Positions 38,632 to 50,948 of a DNA stretch of 64,000 nt are shown here, piece by piece. The position numbers were made by a program, and so were the translations under genes. The notes beneath the pieces were generated by a model. The model was not told the DNA's origin and searched no databases. It saw only the letters and a program-made list of their open reading frames with translations. The DNA comes from Nageia nagi (Eukaryota; Plantae; Pinophyta). Where the stretch lies: NCBI GenBank assembly GCA_050084985.1, contig JBITNC010000002.1, positions 15,810,001 to 15,874,000 on the forward strand. The letters are read 5' to 3'. The first letter of the stretch is position 1; every line of letters begins with the position of its first letter.

Positions 38632-41600
38632 TGAATCCATGAGGCATAGGAAAATGGGATTCCTTGTAAGGCTAAAATAATGAAACACCAAATGCTAAAG
38701 GTATTGGTGGATGGTCAATTTCTAATTTAATTATATTTCCATTTGAATCAAGTCCTGATGGCCTCCCATGTATACTAAAAACTTTGAAGGATTTAAATAA
38801 TCTCAAAATCTTAATAGTGAATAGGGCCACCAAAAAAGAATGGATGCCTAACCATTTTTGTGGTTCACAACCAAATCAGGATCTTATGGAAATGGAGTAG
38901 TGGATGATGATTTTGTTAGGCCCATTGATTATTAAATACTTAATGATCTATTTGGCATAAATTATCATACATATACACTTAAACCTATGAAGCCCTATAC
39001 TCCTTCAAGCTTTGAGAAGATTACAAATATCCTAAGATACATAGTCAAAACCCTTACCTTTAGGGGAAACAACCCATGAAAAGTCTCATAAATATTTTTT
39101 CTATTTTTTATAGTTATTCTTATAATGTATTGAACACACAAACTAGTAAACATAAGTGATAGTTAGTACCTTATAATAGATCTAAGATTTGTCTACCAAT
39201 GTGATCTTCTTGTTATATCTAGTAAGGTTATTTTATTTTATTTTTATAGGATATTTTTTTTTAATTAGGAAGGATTATATTAAGAGATAAAAGGAATTTT
39301 CGTAAATTTGAATTTTTCTTTAACTTTTATCCATTTACACGACATATGAACACAATTGAATGTTAGATCTCAAATCCTTGTAAAATAATCATAGGTATTA
39401 TACTTATTTAAAGGAAGCTTAATCCTCTTCGAAGGTCAAGAAGGAAGCATACATAAAGTGCTTATTGATGATTTAAATAGCTATCAAGAAGGTATATGCT
39501 TTAGATCAAGCCTTCACAAGCTTGATAGGATAATAAGTAATAAATTATTTTTAAAAAATAATTATAAAATAAAATATTAACAAGGAAGACTTGGTCAATA
39601 TATGAAAATAATGCAATCACCTTGGATTAAAATTTAGTATATGCAGTAAGAATTACAAAGGAATCCCAAAAAATAATTCTCATAAATTGATAAATTTATA
39701 ACTAAAATGAATGCTTGAAGCATGATAACAATGAAATGTAATCAAGTTATATCACAATACTTTTTAAAAATAACTTTAAAAAATACAAAAGTTTGGTATT
39801 AGAGATATGTCCACTTCATTAATTACCAAAAAATAAAAATAAAATCCATGATATATCAATTATGGATTCTCTTCTTAAGCTTAATAATAAGAGGAAGAAA
39901 CTAGGAACGATTCAAAGATAACAATTTAGTAATGATTTCATATAAAATATTGAGCAAGTTAATTTATATATAATTGGTTTAACGAGATTTAGATCCATAG
40001 TCTTATGAATAAATTTGATATTACCCCAATTAATTATAGGACCTAATGACTTAGAACTTATGGTTTTCTATAAAATATGAAAAAGATTTACATATCATTA
40101 CAAAAATTAGAGGAGAACCAATCAATCCTATGTGCTTTTACCATTTTTCACTTAAGATATAGAAAGATAAAACCTATACTTTGAGAAGTAGACAAATGAG
40201 GATAAAACCTATTGGTAATGATTAAAAAAGGTATCAAAAATGAATGAAAGATATGTGAAGTATTTTATTTCTTCTTGTATGAATTTAATTTGGATCACAT
40301 AAAAATGAGGTTAAATATACTTGAAAAAACTTTTAGAGATTCGACATGTAATCTCAAGCCAATATAATATTTAATTTGGATTACTTGTAGTTCATATAAA
40401 TTTTCTTATTTTATATCATTTTGTAACCTCACCATATTATTTTATAAAGATAAATTCAAAATATGAGTTCAAATACTAATAGAATCTTTGAACAACTCCT
40501 CTTTCAAAATAGTAATATAATATCATCTTATCCTAGCTAGCTTCCATCATAGACTTTAAAGCATAGTAGGGGTTTAGTGAATGGTATAATTACATCATTA
40601 AATCCATATATAATCTTCATTGATTTAGTGAAGATGTTCCAAACTCTAAAACCTATCATAGTATAGTGGAAAAGTGAAGTATTAAGAATATTTTGAACTT
40701 ATATTAGTAAGGTGAAAAATGTTAGGTTTCAATAATAAAAGTCATAGAAGCATGGTTAGAAATGATGGTATTTAGAATGAATTCCATAGAGGATACAAAG
40801 TTGAAAAAGAAAATAAATTAAAAGGAATGTTGATAATAAATTAGTGTCTAATCAAGGCATTTATAGCTCATGACCATATGAATTAAATATGGTTAGGAAA
40901 CTCATGATAAGAAAAAAATTGAGTAGTATATATTAAAATTTTATTCATTATGAAGTACTTATGTTCTTACTTCCCAATATTTCAATTTAACAAAATATGG
41001 ATGACTTTATCAAAGTCCCACTCAATCATATTAAGGTCATCATGTAAAATCCATAATGCATGGGATAGAGAAAAGATAATCCATTACAAGATATTGCATC
41101 TTTTGGGATAATTATTGGAGGAATATATATTTATAATACCAAATGGTTAAATACTAATTTACATGATAATTCATGTATATTGACTAGATGGTTTCTATTA
41201 TAAAGTGATAAAATGGAAAATCCACTAAGGTTACTTGAATTATATAGCTCCTCCTCACCTTGGAAAATTATTAATGGTTATAAAATGGGTATATAAAAAA
41301 GAATATTATACATATTATTTACATAACAAATTATATTAAATTAAAAATACTAAAGATAAAGAAAATCAATATTATCGTAATAATGAGTCATATTGGATAA
41401 CTCATTTCAAATCAAGTATTTATAAACTAGATCTATTATCCCCATCGATATTCCACAATAGAAAAATCATAAGAAAAATATGAAGGAGAATAAATTCATT
41501 AATGATTTCTAAATCATAAAATATACAAAACATAATAATGTAATAAAAAAAAGTTCATAGTTTTTGTAAAATATTTCCAATTGTTCATGCTTCTCTGAAG

Positions 41601-44249
41601 GATTACTTTCTATATATTAAGTTGGCTCATGCAAGTACTATATTGTATATGAAAATTAAGAACCTATTTATTTATGGATTCTTGAGTAGTCAAGGGAGTG
41701 GTTTAAGAAATAATATCATTGTTATGACCAGTGGAGGTCATAGGGTGGAATGTGGAAGAGACAAAATTAGGAGGTTGTATTAATGGAAGGGTTATAAGTG
41801 CAAGAGGATTTGGAGGTCCTAAAAGAGAAAGGGAAGTTACACCAAATATATATTTCATTTAAGAAAATATAGGATGATAATGTCTACATATTCATTTTTC
41901 TTATAGGAAATGAATATTCATTAGTCTTGACCCCCATTATTTGCTTGTGTATGAACATCAAATGTAAGGGGTAGATTCTAAGAATACTTACCTTTGAAAT
42001 AATTCTCCATGAGGGAAATACTTAATCTTGAAAGGTATAGAATCACATAGATAACATGTGTTCAAAATTTTGGAGTACATAACCCATTAGCAAAGGTATA
42101 CATGTCTAACATATAGGTCAATGAATTTTGTAAGAACCTTATAAAGGTTAACTTGCAAACACATGCAAATACAAGAATGAATAATATATATTTTATACTA
42201 ATTCATCTAAACTAATTTACTTATGTATTCAATTACATTATTGAGAAATAACCATGAGATAAATGGATACCAAGGAATGTTACCCACATAGGAACTTGAA
42301 GGGAGTCATTATTTGAAATTATAAAGTTTTTATGTTATAATTAAAACATTAGAAAGATGCTAATATCATACCATTATAATCTATTAAAAATGGAACCTAC
42401 ATACTAGAGGTCAATAATTCAGAAATAGAAAATATGCTAATAAGTTTATAGATATGCTAGATCTTAATTCATGAAGCATATCTTAATTCATGAGGATATA
42501 AGGTAGTTTTTATCTAATTATTAATGAGTCTATCATTCAAGTTCCAAATTGAAAAGTACCCAATGAGGGAATGATGTTTCAACAATATCCATGTATTATT
42601 GAAAGGAATAACAACATTCAAGTAGTGTGAATTACCTCATGGTAAACCTTTAGGAAAAACTTCTACGAGTGCTTCCTAAAGCCATGGGTGTCATTAGTAA
42701 TATTTTTAGAATATGATAAAATTTCTAAGGGAGAAGAAAAACTATTAAGGAGGAGGAATAAAAGATAGTAAATAGTATTAAATAAATTATGTTAAATATA
42801 TGAAAAGACTAATGAAATTATTTATTTAAAATCATAACTAAAATATTTAGTATGATGAATAATATAATGTAATATTAGAATATAGTATTCATAATTATTT
42901 TTAAAAATCAATAATATCAATTATATTCTTAAATGTGCATATAATGCATCTAAATTGGTTTAATCTCTATTTTAAAAATTTAGCTTCTTAGTTTCAAATT
43001 ATATACTTGGATTTTTTTCACTTCAAATGAGATGTATCAAGCAAAATTTGAATATTTTAAATTTATTATGATTGTATAAATACATAAAATGATACATATC
43101 TATATTTGAAAATATGTAACATTTATATAATAAATTATACAAATTACACATTTATACTTTCCCACTTTACTTGATAAGAAAAACTAAAGTAGAGCATATA
43201 ATTGATAGTGAAAGTAGCATGCATATTTCTTTCTAAACTTTTAGTCTTTTTGTTTTTCTTATGAATATACCAAGAAACCTTCATGAGTATATGATGAATG
43301 CAAATCATATAAATACTATCTATTTATATCAAAATAATAGATAAAATTTACCCCTTCCAAGTATACATAACTTTACATGCTAACTAATAAGTAAATAATA
43401 TTGGTATCATAGTCATTTCAGTCTCTCTATCATATTAGTTCAATACTATTTGATGGAATGCACTTAGTACCCACTAGAGGCTAACTAGATCTCATAGTCA
43501 AAAGTAATTATGAGAGAGTTACACCAATATAGAATTAAATAAGGGGCATTAGTATTCATATTTATATTCCATCATTTTAAAAATATAATCTATAATTATA
43601 ATAATATGCTCTAGAATTGTGCAATATTATAATTCAAAATTATAACAATATGCTAGTAAATTATAATAGTATGCTTGGTAATAAAGAAATTCAAGATGTT
43701 TTTATAAAGTGTTTATAATTCAATAAAAGTGATTTAACTAGAATCTACACAAAATCATATCCAAAATAACTAATTTAATAGAAAAAGGCCTCTTAGATCA
43801 AAAGATATGAGCTTCTAAATTTTTGAGCAAACTATTGTAAAAATCAAACCACATAGTTAGAAATATGTAACAACTGATATTTTTAAATTGTCTTCTCATC
43901 CTAATTCAATTACCATGAAAATATTAAAATAATATATTTTACAAACTATATTCTACTATTGTCACATACAAAATAGTGACAATAACCACTTCAAATATCT
44001 TAATAGATATAAGATTCTCCTACCTAGAGCCACTATTATAAGTTAAGTGTAAATTATAAATGCTAAAAATAAATGTTATATAATAAGTCCATAAGGTATA
44101 TGAAACTAATCTTGAAAATATCATAGTCCAACATTCTTCCCCTTAATGTTGAAAGGGCTAATAAAAGTGTTTCTAAACATGAGAAATTGTACCTTTACCA
44201 TACCTTTTCTAAAGATAAAGACTAGTTGTTAATATGTATTACAATACCT

Positions 44250-44660
44250 TAATTTAAATTCATTTTCTACCTATCATATAATGGAGGAAGTGATGCTTCA
44301 TGTTATAATATTTGGACTTACTATGATGGATAAGATTTTTTGATAACTAGAAAGGTACACAAATTAACACAAAATATTATGTTATAAATGCTTTAGAATT
44401 TTTTTATCACCTTTAAAATATTTATAATCCCTACGGCTTATCCACTATATTAAATCTAATCTATAAAAAAAATCAAGGTCAATTCACTTGGATTTTATAA
44501 TAACTTAACCATTTAAGTTTAAATCAACCACATTACTCTGACATTATTAGATCTTTTTTTATTGAAATTATAAGGAAGGATGGTTGTAATTTAACATAGA
44601 TGATGTATTTTTACTTGTAAATCATCTACATTATCTATTTGATAATCTTAATTAGAAGGG
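44250..44660 (+). mobile_element. Highly degenerate Gypsy-type RT remnant
   Basis: MDKIFDN*KGTQINTK (similar to IDELFDQLKGAxxFSK), PYGLST (similar to PFGLxNAP) and IDDVF (similar to YIDDIL), in the expected order. Confidence 0.4.
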
Positions 44661-46249
44661 AGCTTTTCATAGTCCATACTTTACATGAAGGTTACCATCT
44701 TTAAAGTCAATCTTAACATCTTTGATATATATTTTTGTATTCACAATACAATATATACTTTATTGTGATCATATTATTTATGCTTGGGAAGTGTGTTTTC
44801 ATTGTTAGAAACTATATCAAAGTCATCCCCACATTTTACATCACTTACACATTATAAACCTCTAATAAAATCCCATAAAGTTATACCTATAATGGGATTT
44901 TAATCCATAGTTCCTTTATTTGGGTAAAATCTTTGCGACCATCTCTTGATATATAGTCTGACATTCCTATGAACCATATCCCTTTATTGAAAATTAAAAT
45001 GAAGTACTCCTTATAGGTGGAGGTTCAAAAGAAAGTTTTGGGGAGGAGGTAGAAACACGCATTTCCTTTCAATTTCCATTATGAATTAGATAAAGATTTG
45101 ATAGAAAATAGATCAAGATGCATCCCTTTTAAATTACCAATCAAATAGAGTTTTAGATATTTAGAGACTCTTTACAATATTATATTTTATTGTGATATTG
45201 ATGCTTATTTTAACATCTTGAAAAAATATTAGGGTTAATATTATTCAAGGGAAGTTTCCTTTCCTTAGTCTTCCCTTAGTTTTTTTGTCCCCAAATCCCT
45301 TGTTCATGTTTTTAGTTCATTTTCTTGACCTAAACCCATCCATTATTACCTTGGTCAATTTTTAGTAGATTGATTTCCAATCTTGTGTCATCCTACTTAA
45401 CTTCTTTAAGCTTGTATATCCTTGCCTATGGCATTTTTACATCCCTTAAATTTTTATCTATCCTTGAACTTCAATTACCTTGTTCAAATTTGAAAAAGCT
45501 CTTTCTCACTTGCACTTTATCCATGATGTTCCACTATATGGAAATAGCTTGGTCACCAATTTTTAATTGATTAAGTGTAGCTTTAATTTTGATGCCACAA
45601 ACATCATAAATCTCAAAGAGTTTTATTTTCTATTGAATCTAAGCTATATATTGATGAAGAGAAACATTAACTAGGTTAGCTTCAAGCTTCAGGGATGTAG
45701 TAGCAAGTTCCCTTTTTAATACTAGATTAGAAGGTCAATAAATTCTTCCTAACTGTAAACCAAATATTTAAAGAAAATTGAAATTCCAAAAATGGCATTA
45801 TTCCACCAAACAATAAAACCTCTATCACTTAAAGAATGAGAAACTAAATTCTAGATCCTTTATATATGAACCAAAGTAGTAGGGTGTTACGAAAGCATGT
45901 TTCAATATACCTAAGATTATAAGAGAGTTAGATTAGAAAAATGATAGGAGGATGATTTGATAATAATACACTAAGAATAATTTTTATAAATGGAAAAGTA
46001 TCTTTTATCCTTATATTTATTGGAGTATGTCAAGTGTCCAAAGATTATATGTGAAATTATAATTTTTTTTTTTGATATAACAAAAAATTTGAGGTCATCT
46101 AAGGTTGTAAGATTTGAATTGAACTCTAACTACACTTGTACATCTACAAAATTTCTACTTATTATATCACATAGAAGTGAAGAGTATTGAAACTAAACCT
46201 TTCATAGAGTAATTCTTTTACTCCTTCATCTATAAAATAAGGGTGGAAA

Positions 46250-46435
46250 GATTTAAAGTTAAACCTTTCATAGAACATTTATTTTACTTCTCAAGATCTC
46301 ATAAATTATTTTTTACTAGTTAATATTTTAAGAAATGTGATATGATTTAAAGTTAAACCTTTCATAGAACATTTATTTTACTTCTCAAGATCTCATAAAT
46401 TATTTTTTACTAGTTAATATTTTAAGAAATGTGAT
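46250..46435. repeat. Perfect 94-bp tandem duplication
   Basis: 46250-46341 is identical to 46344-46435. Confidence 0.95.
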
Positions 46436-46759
46436 GAGGCTTTTGAAATTGTTACAAAGAAAGATATAAAATTTGAAGTGAATAAACAAGAAGATTTCTT
46501 ATATGTAAGTCAACTACCATAGATGGCTGTGGTTTTGTACACACACAGTGAGCTATCATTATTGTGAACATCAGACGTATTTTCTGAAAATAAGCAAATA
46601 AGAGATTTATACAACATAAAAGAGAATCAATAACAAGTGGACCAAATTTCAAACGAACAGCTCACCATTGTTCTATCAGATCAGATCCACCAAATCATCT
46701 ATGGAATGAATAGAAAGAAGATAAATATGTAAAGCTTGTTATGTCAAACTAGTATTAAA

Positions 46760-47216
46760 ATCACTCTTTATAAAATTACAAGAATAATTATCTAAATTAT
46801 TATCATGAAAGCAATAATGGAGGGGAATAAAGCTACTCTACCTGGTTCGTTGTACCTGCTGTTGTTAGACTTATATTCCCTATGCTCATTATAAGCATTA
46901 TTTAGCTTTTTCATTGATCCCTTACTTGGGTATATGAATTTATCTCGAGTGCGCATTGTTTTTGTAAGTTACATTGGGTTTCTACTTTCTACTTTAGATC
47001 TTGACAAATCTTCTGTAGTGAGATTGGTCTTCACACTTTACTGGAATGCGGGCTTGTCTTTTGCTGATTGATATGTGCTTTCCTTTTCAGCTTTTCTTGT
47101 GCCAGCTGAAGTGGAAATGGAAGTAGAAGTGAGGATAAGATCACTGTCCCTCAGAAAGCAATAAAAAAAGGTGAAGCAATCAAAACAAGAATCGATTGCA
47201 TCAGTAAGTGCCACAT
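46760..47216 (-). other. Unknown locus, copy 3 (degenerate)
   Basis: Homologous to 36360-36834, e.g. conceptual LRDSDL vs LRKSDL, and gatttgtcaagatctaaag vs gatttgccaagatttaaag. Confidence 0.5.
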
Positions 47217-48609
47217 GGAAGAGATAAACAATGCAGAAGAATATTAGGATTGAGTATAATTGCTAAGAATCTAAGACTAGAGTGGTAAAACGTTTAAGTG
47301 CCACGTACATGTCGTTCATGAAGATACTTGAAATCGAACAATTACTTATTATTTCTTTCAAAAAAGGTAATAAAAATTTGAAAATAATTGAATCATATAA
47401 AGCTTATAGATAACATTCTATGGTTACTTGATAAGTATATTTAAAATTGTTAAGTGGTATCAAAGCATTATTTTAAATCTATTTTCTTGTATTTTATAAT
47501 TTGTTAATTTTATTTATTATGATGGATACATTTATAAATGATATATTTTTATTTTTGGATAAATTTTGATATATTTTAAAAAAAATTAAGTTTAAATAAA
47601 GTTAAAAGATATCATTCATAATTTAAACACCTAGTTCATATATAAAAGAAGTGTGTCTATGTGAAGTAAATTCCAAATATGCATTTAAATATATCTTAAT
47701 TAAAAAAAAAAAGTAAATTGTAAGTGGTGAAAGAAGCATTCATTACACTTTCTACATCTTTGTATTTGTAATAGATAACTAATAATTAACATTTCTGAAA
47801 TTTTCTATTAACAATGATCATCATTTATTTTAGTATATAATTTTTATTTATTACTCTTTATATTTAATTTCAATATTAATAAAAAACTAATTACAATAAT
47901 ACTTCCCTTTTATTAATTTGATTTTAAATTTTAATTAATTTTAAATAAAACATTTTTTATGAAATGATTTATTTTATTTTTTCTTATAAATTTTTGAAAA
48001 TAATTTTTACATATATACCCCAAAACTTTTCTAACCTTAAAACCATAAAAATTCAAACTAAATAGATCAAACATATTCCTAATATTAATTTAACAACTTT
48101 CTCACTCAATAATATCTATCAATATTGATGATATACATTAGCATGATGACCTTGATGTTTGACTAGTCAACGTAATACTAATATTACTTACGTGGTAGCA
48201 CAACCACCTAAAATCCATAGTCTAATTTTCTCCATATCAAAATATTATCTTTTATCAATCTACTTTTCAACCTTTTCTCCAGCATATCCCATCAAAAAAA
48301 CCTCTTTTATTATAACTAAGTGATCCTATTCCTCAACAATTATAGGGAGAAGTTCAAAATTGAAATTACAATTTCAAACATAATATTAAGACTTTAATCA
48401 TGTTAAATACTTAATTTAAAAACATTGTCTTAAGTACTTTTAATGTACCTATTCCAAAATTTAATCATTTAAAGGTAAAGAGGATTCAAAATGTTATATT
48501 CATTTTTTTCAAAAGATAGCATAGGCTTCCCTTTCAATGATCTATTCTTAAAAAATAAAAAATTATTTACAGAAAACTTTGCCAAATTTGCTCTATACTA
48601 CTTTTATCG

Positions 48610-48860
48610 AATACCATCTAATTCTAAAAAGATATATTACTAGATTTAGAGAGATCTTGGTTTAAGTACCTAATGCATTATGTGATTTAAATATTAAATA
48701 ATTTTTCAATCAAAATTTACTCTACCAAATTTTTCCTAGTTTTACCAAATACCATTTAATTCTGAAAAGATATATTATTAGATTTAGAGAGACATTGGTT
48801 TAAGTACCTAATGTATTATGTGATTTAAATATTAAATAAGCTTTTTAATCAAAATTTACT
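48610..48860. repeat. Imperfect ~112-bp direct duplication (period 138)
   Basis: 48610-48721 vs 48748-48860. Confidence 0.9.
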
Positions 48861-48930
48861 TGTCAATTTTGTAATGAAGCTTGCATGCATGGGAAAAGCT
48901 TTTTAAAATAATAAAAATTGATTAATTCTT

Positions 48931-49046
48931 TTTTTTTATAGTCTAACCTAAGAACTCACACACTCTTGTAGGTTGGAACCCAGGATCTGGCCGATGGATT
49001 GTCACTAGGCTCAAGGCCTCACCGCTATGTCGATCCCATTGGGGCT
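48931..49046 (-). mobile_element. tRNA-derived SINE (~116 bp)
   Basis: Box A-like tcgacatagcggtg, box B-like ggttccaacc, a poly(A) tail, and a 17-bp TSD (aaaattgattaattctt at 48914-48930; aaacttgatttattctt at 49047-49063). Confidence 0.85.
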
Positions 49047-49291
49047 AAACTTGATTTATTCTTCCAATATTAATAACTCTAAATTATTTATTAAAGAAGA
49101 ATTATCATAGATAAATTATAGATATCATTATATAGATATATTAATTAGGACTACATTTTGTGCTTAGAATGTACAAATTTTTAGTAATAATAAATGATAA
49201 GAAATAAGGTTTCCCTATTATGGTAATTTTATGAGACCTTTTTTAAAGTAACTTTAATAGTTTACCTTCATAAAAAACTTGAGAAAATAAT

Positions 49292-49731
49292 ACTAAACAT
49301 CCATAATTGTTCAAGCGTAACTTATATTGTGAAAAAATAGAGTTAAAGAGGAATTTATAAATTGGTTGATTAACAAAATTATGATTTTGATTGTATTCAA
49401 GTTAATCATGTTGAGAAATTATATTTATTTGATGAATTATGATGGTGCTACAATTTTAAATGCCTATTGCAACTAAAAGACCTCAAAATGATGTGATTGT
49501 TCATAACAAAGACTAAACATCCATAATTGTTCAAGCATAACTTATATTATGAAAAGATAGAGTTAAAGAGGAATTTATAAATTGGTTGATAAAAAAAATT
49601 ATGATTTTGATGGTATTCAAGTTAAACATGTTGAGAAAATATATTTATTTGATGAATTTTGATGGTGCTACAATTTTAAATACCTATTATAGCTAAAAGA
49701 CCTCAAAATGATGTGATTGTTCATAACAAAA
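49292..49731. repeat. 220-bp tandem duplication
   Basis: 49292-49511 vs 49512-49731, with high identity. Confidence 0.95.
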
Positions 49732-49739
49732 ACTTAAGA

Positions 49740-50948
49740 TGTTGTGGTTATACATTTCAAGATCTCAAGATATCGTGATAGAGTGTTGGAAGCTTCAATA
49801 AGATGCAGCAAAAAGAAATTTTCACTCGAGGAATTAGAGAAAGTCAGGTTGTATCAAATTTGTTAAAATATTTAAAGGCTCCCAAATTGTTATATGATAA
49901 ATGTATTTTGATGCTGATTAATTCTTGGATTCATTTCAAATGACCTAGATGTTCTCTTTATAATTTTCAAGATCAGCTGGTTAGATACACTAGCTAGATC
50001 TAATATTTTAGATTTTTTTAATAGAAGTTGTTAATTGTAACAAATTATGGTTATTAGTAGATATTTTGTAAAAATAGTTAGTTAATTACGATAACTAGTT
50101 TTGGACTATAGTATAGATTTTTACTATAAATATAGCTCAAATAAATGTATCATCTTTTGCTCCCTTGGGTTTTCATGAGGCTATACAGAGTTTGAATATG
50201 ATGGGTTACTCATGTTTTTTTCCCTTTGTAATGGAAGATCAATTATTATACCTCAAATTGAGTATGGATGCTTTTTTGTTTCTTTCAAGACTGTGTTATG
50301 AGATTCTTATATGGTTGAGTGTGGCGGACATTTCCTATATCTCAAACGATGGTAGTTGAAGCATTTGTGATTATTGCACCTATTCTCTTATTATGGATAT
50401 GTGATCTTGAATGAATATATGTTTGTGAGTTTGGTTACCTTCCCATGGTTTCGATTTGATCAACTAGAAGTCAAGTTAGCATTATGCTCCATTGTTCCCT
50501 TTCTTTAAATATTTTTCATCTCTTTACTACATCTCTTAATCTTGCTAAATGACCCTTCAAGCCTAATGGATAAGGCACCATCCTAATAAATCGATGTGTG
50601 GAGTCTTAATCTTGAACGTATCTCTATCTACAAGCTATCATCCTTAGAAGATTTATCTCTCTATTTGTGGGTGATGATATTCATACCCATGCTTCCTTGT
50701 GTGCCCAAATGAGGAGTCCACTCTCTTATCTATGAGATAGAGTTCCCACATGAAGAATCACCCTATTTACGGGGAGGAATTTCTACTAACAAAATAAGCC
50801 CCCTCTATTAGGCATAATCCTATTTAAATTAGAAGTTGGTTTGTGTGAAATTAGTCAATCCAAAAACTTTTTGGTTTGCATAGTCTCCCATCGATGCATC
50901 TCGCATTATTCTAATCAACAGTTTATTTTTGGCATACTCGATGGGACC
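49740..50948 (+). mobile_element. Probable LTR plus degenerate PBS of a truncated Tat-like Gypsy
   Basis: TGTTG...CAACA (ends at 50920), followed by tggcatactcgatgggac, resembling the TGGCACGCCCxGTGGGAC PBS type. No partner LTR is present, and the left boundary is uncertain. Confidence 0.5.

Noticed and set aside
38641-38653. miR482-like target gaggcataggaaa
   Set aside because: It lies in eroded repeat-like DNA with no 3' pairing; likely chance.
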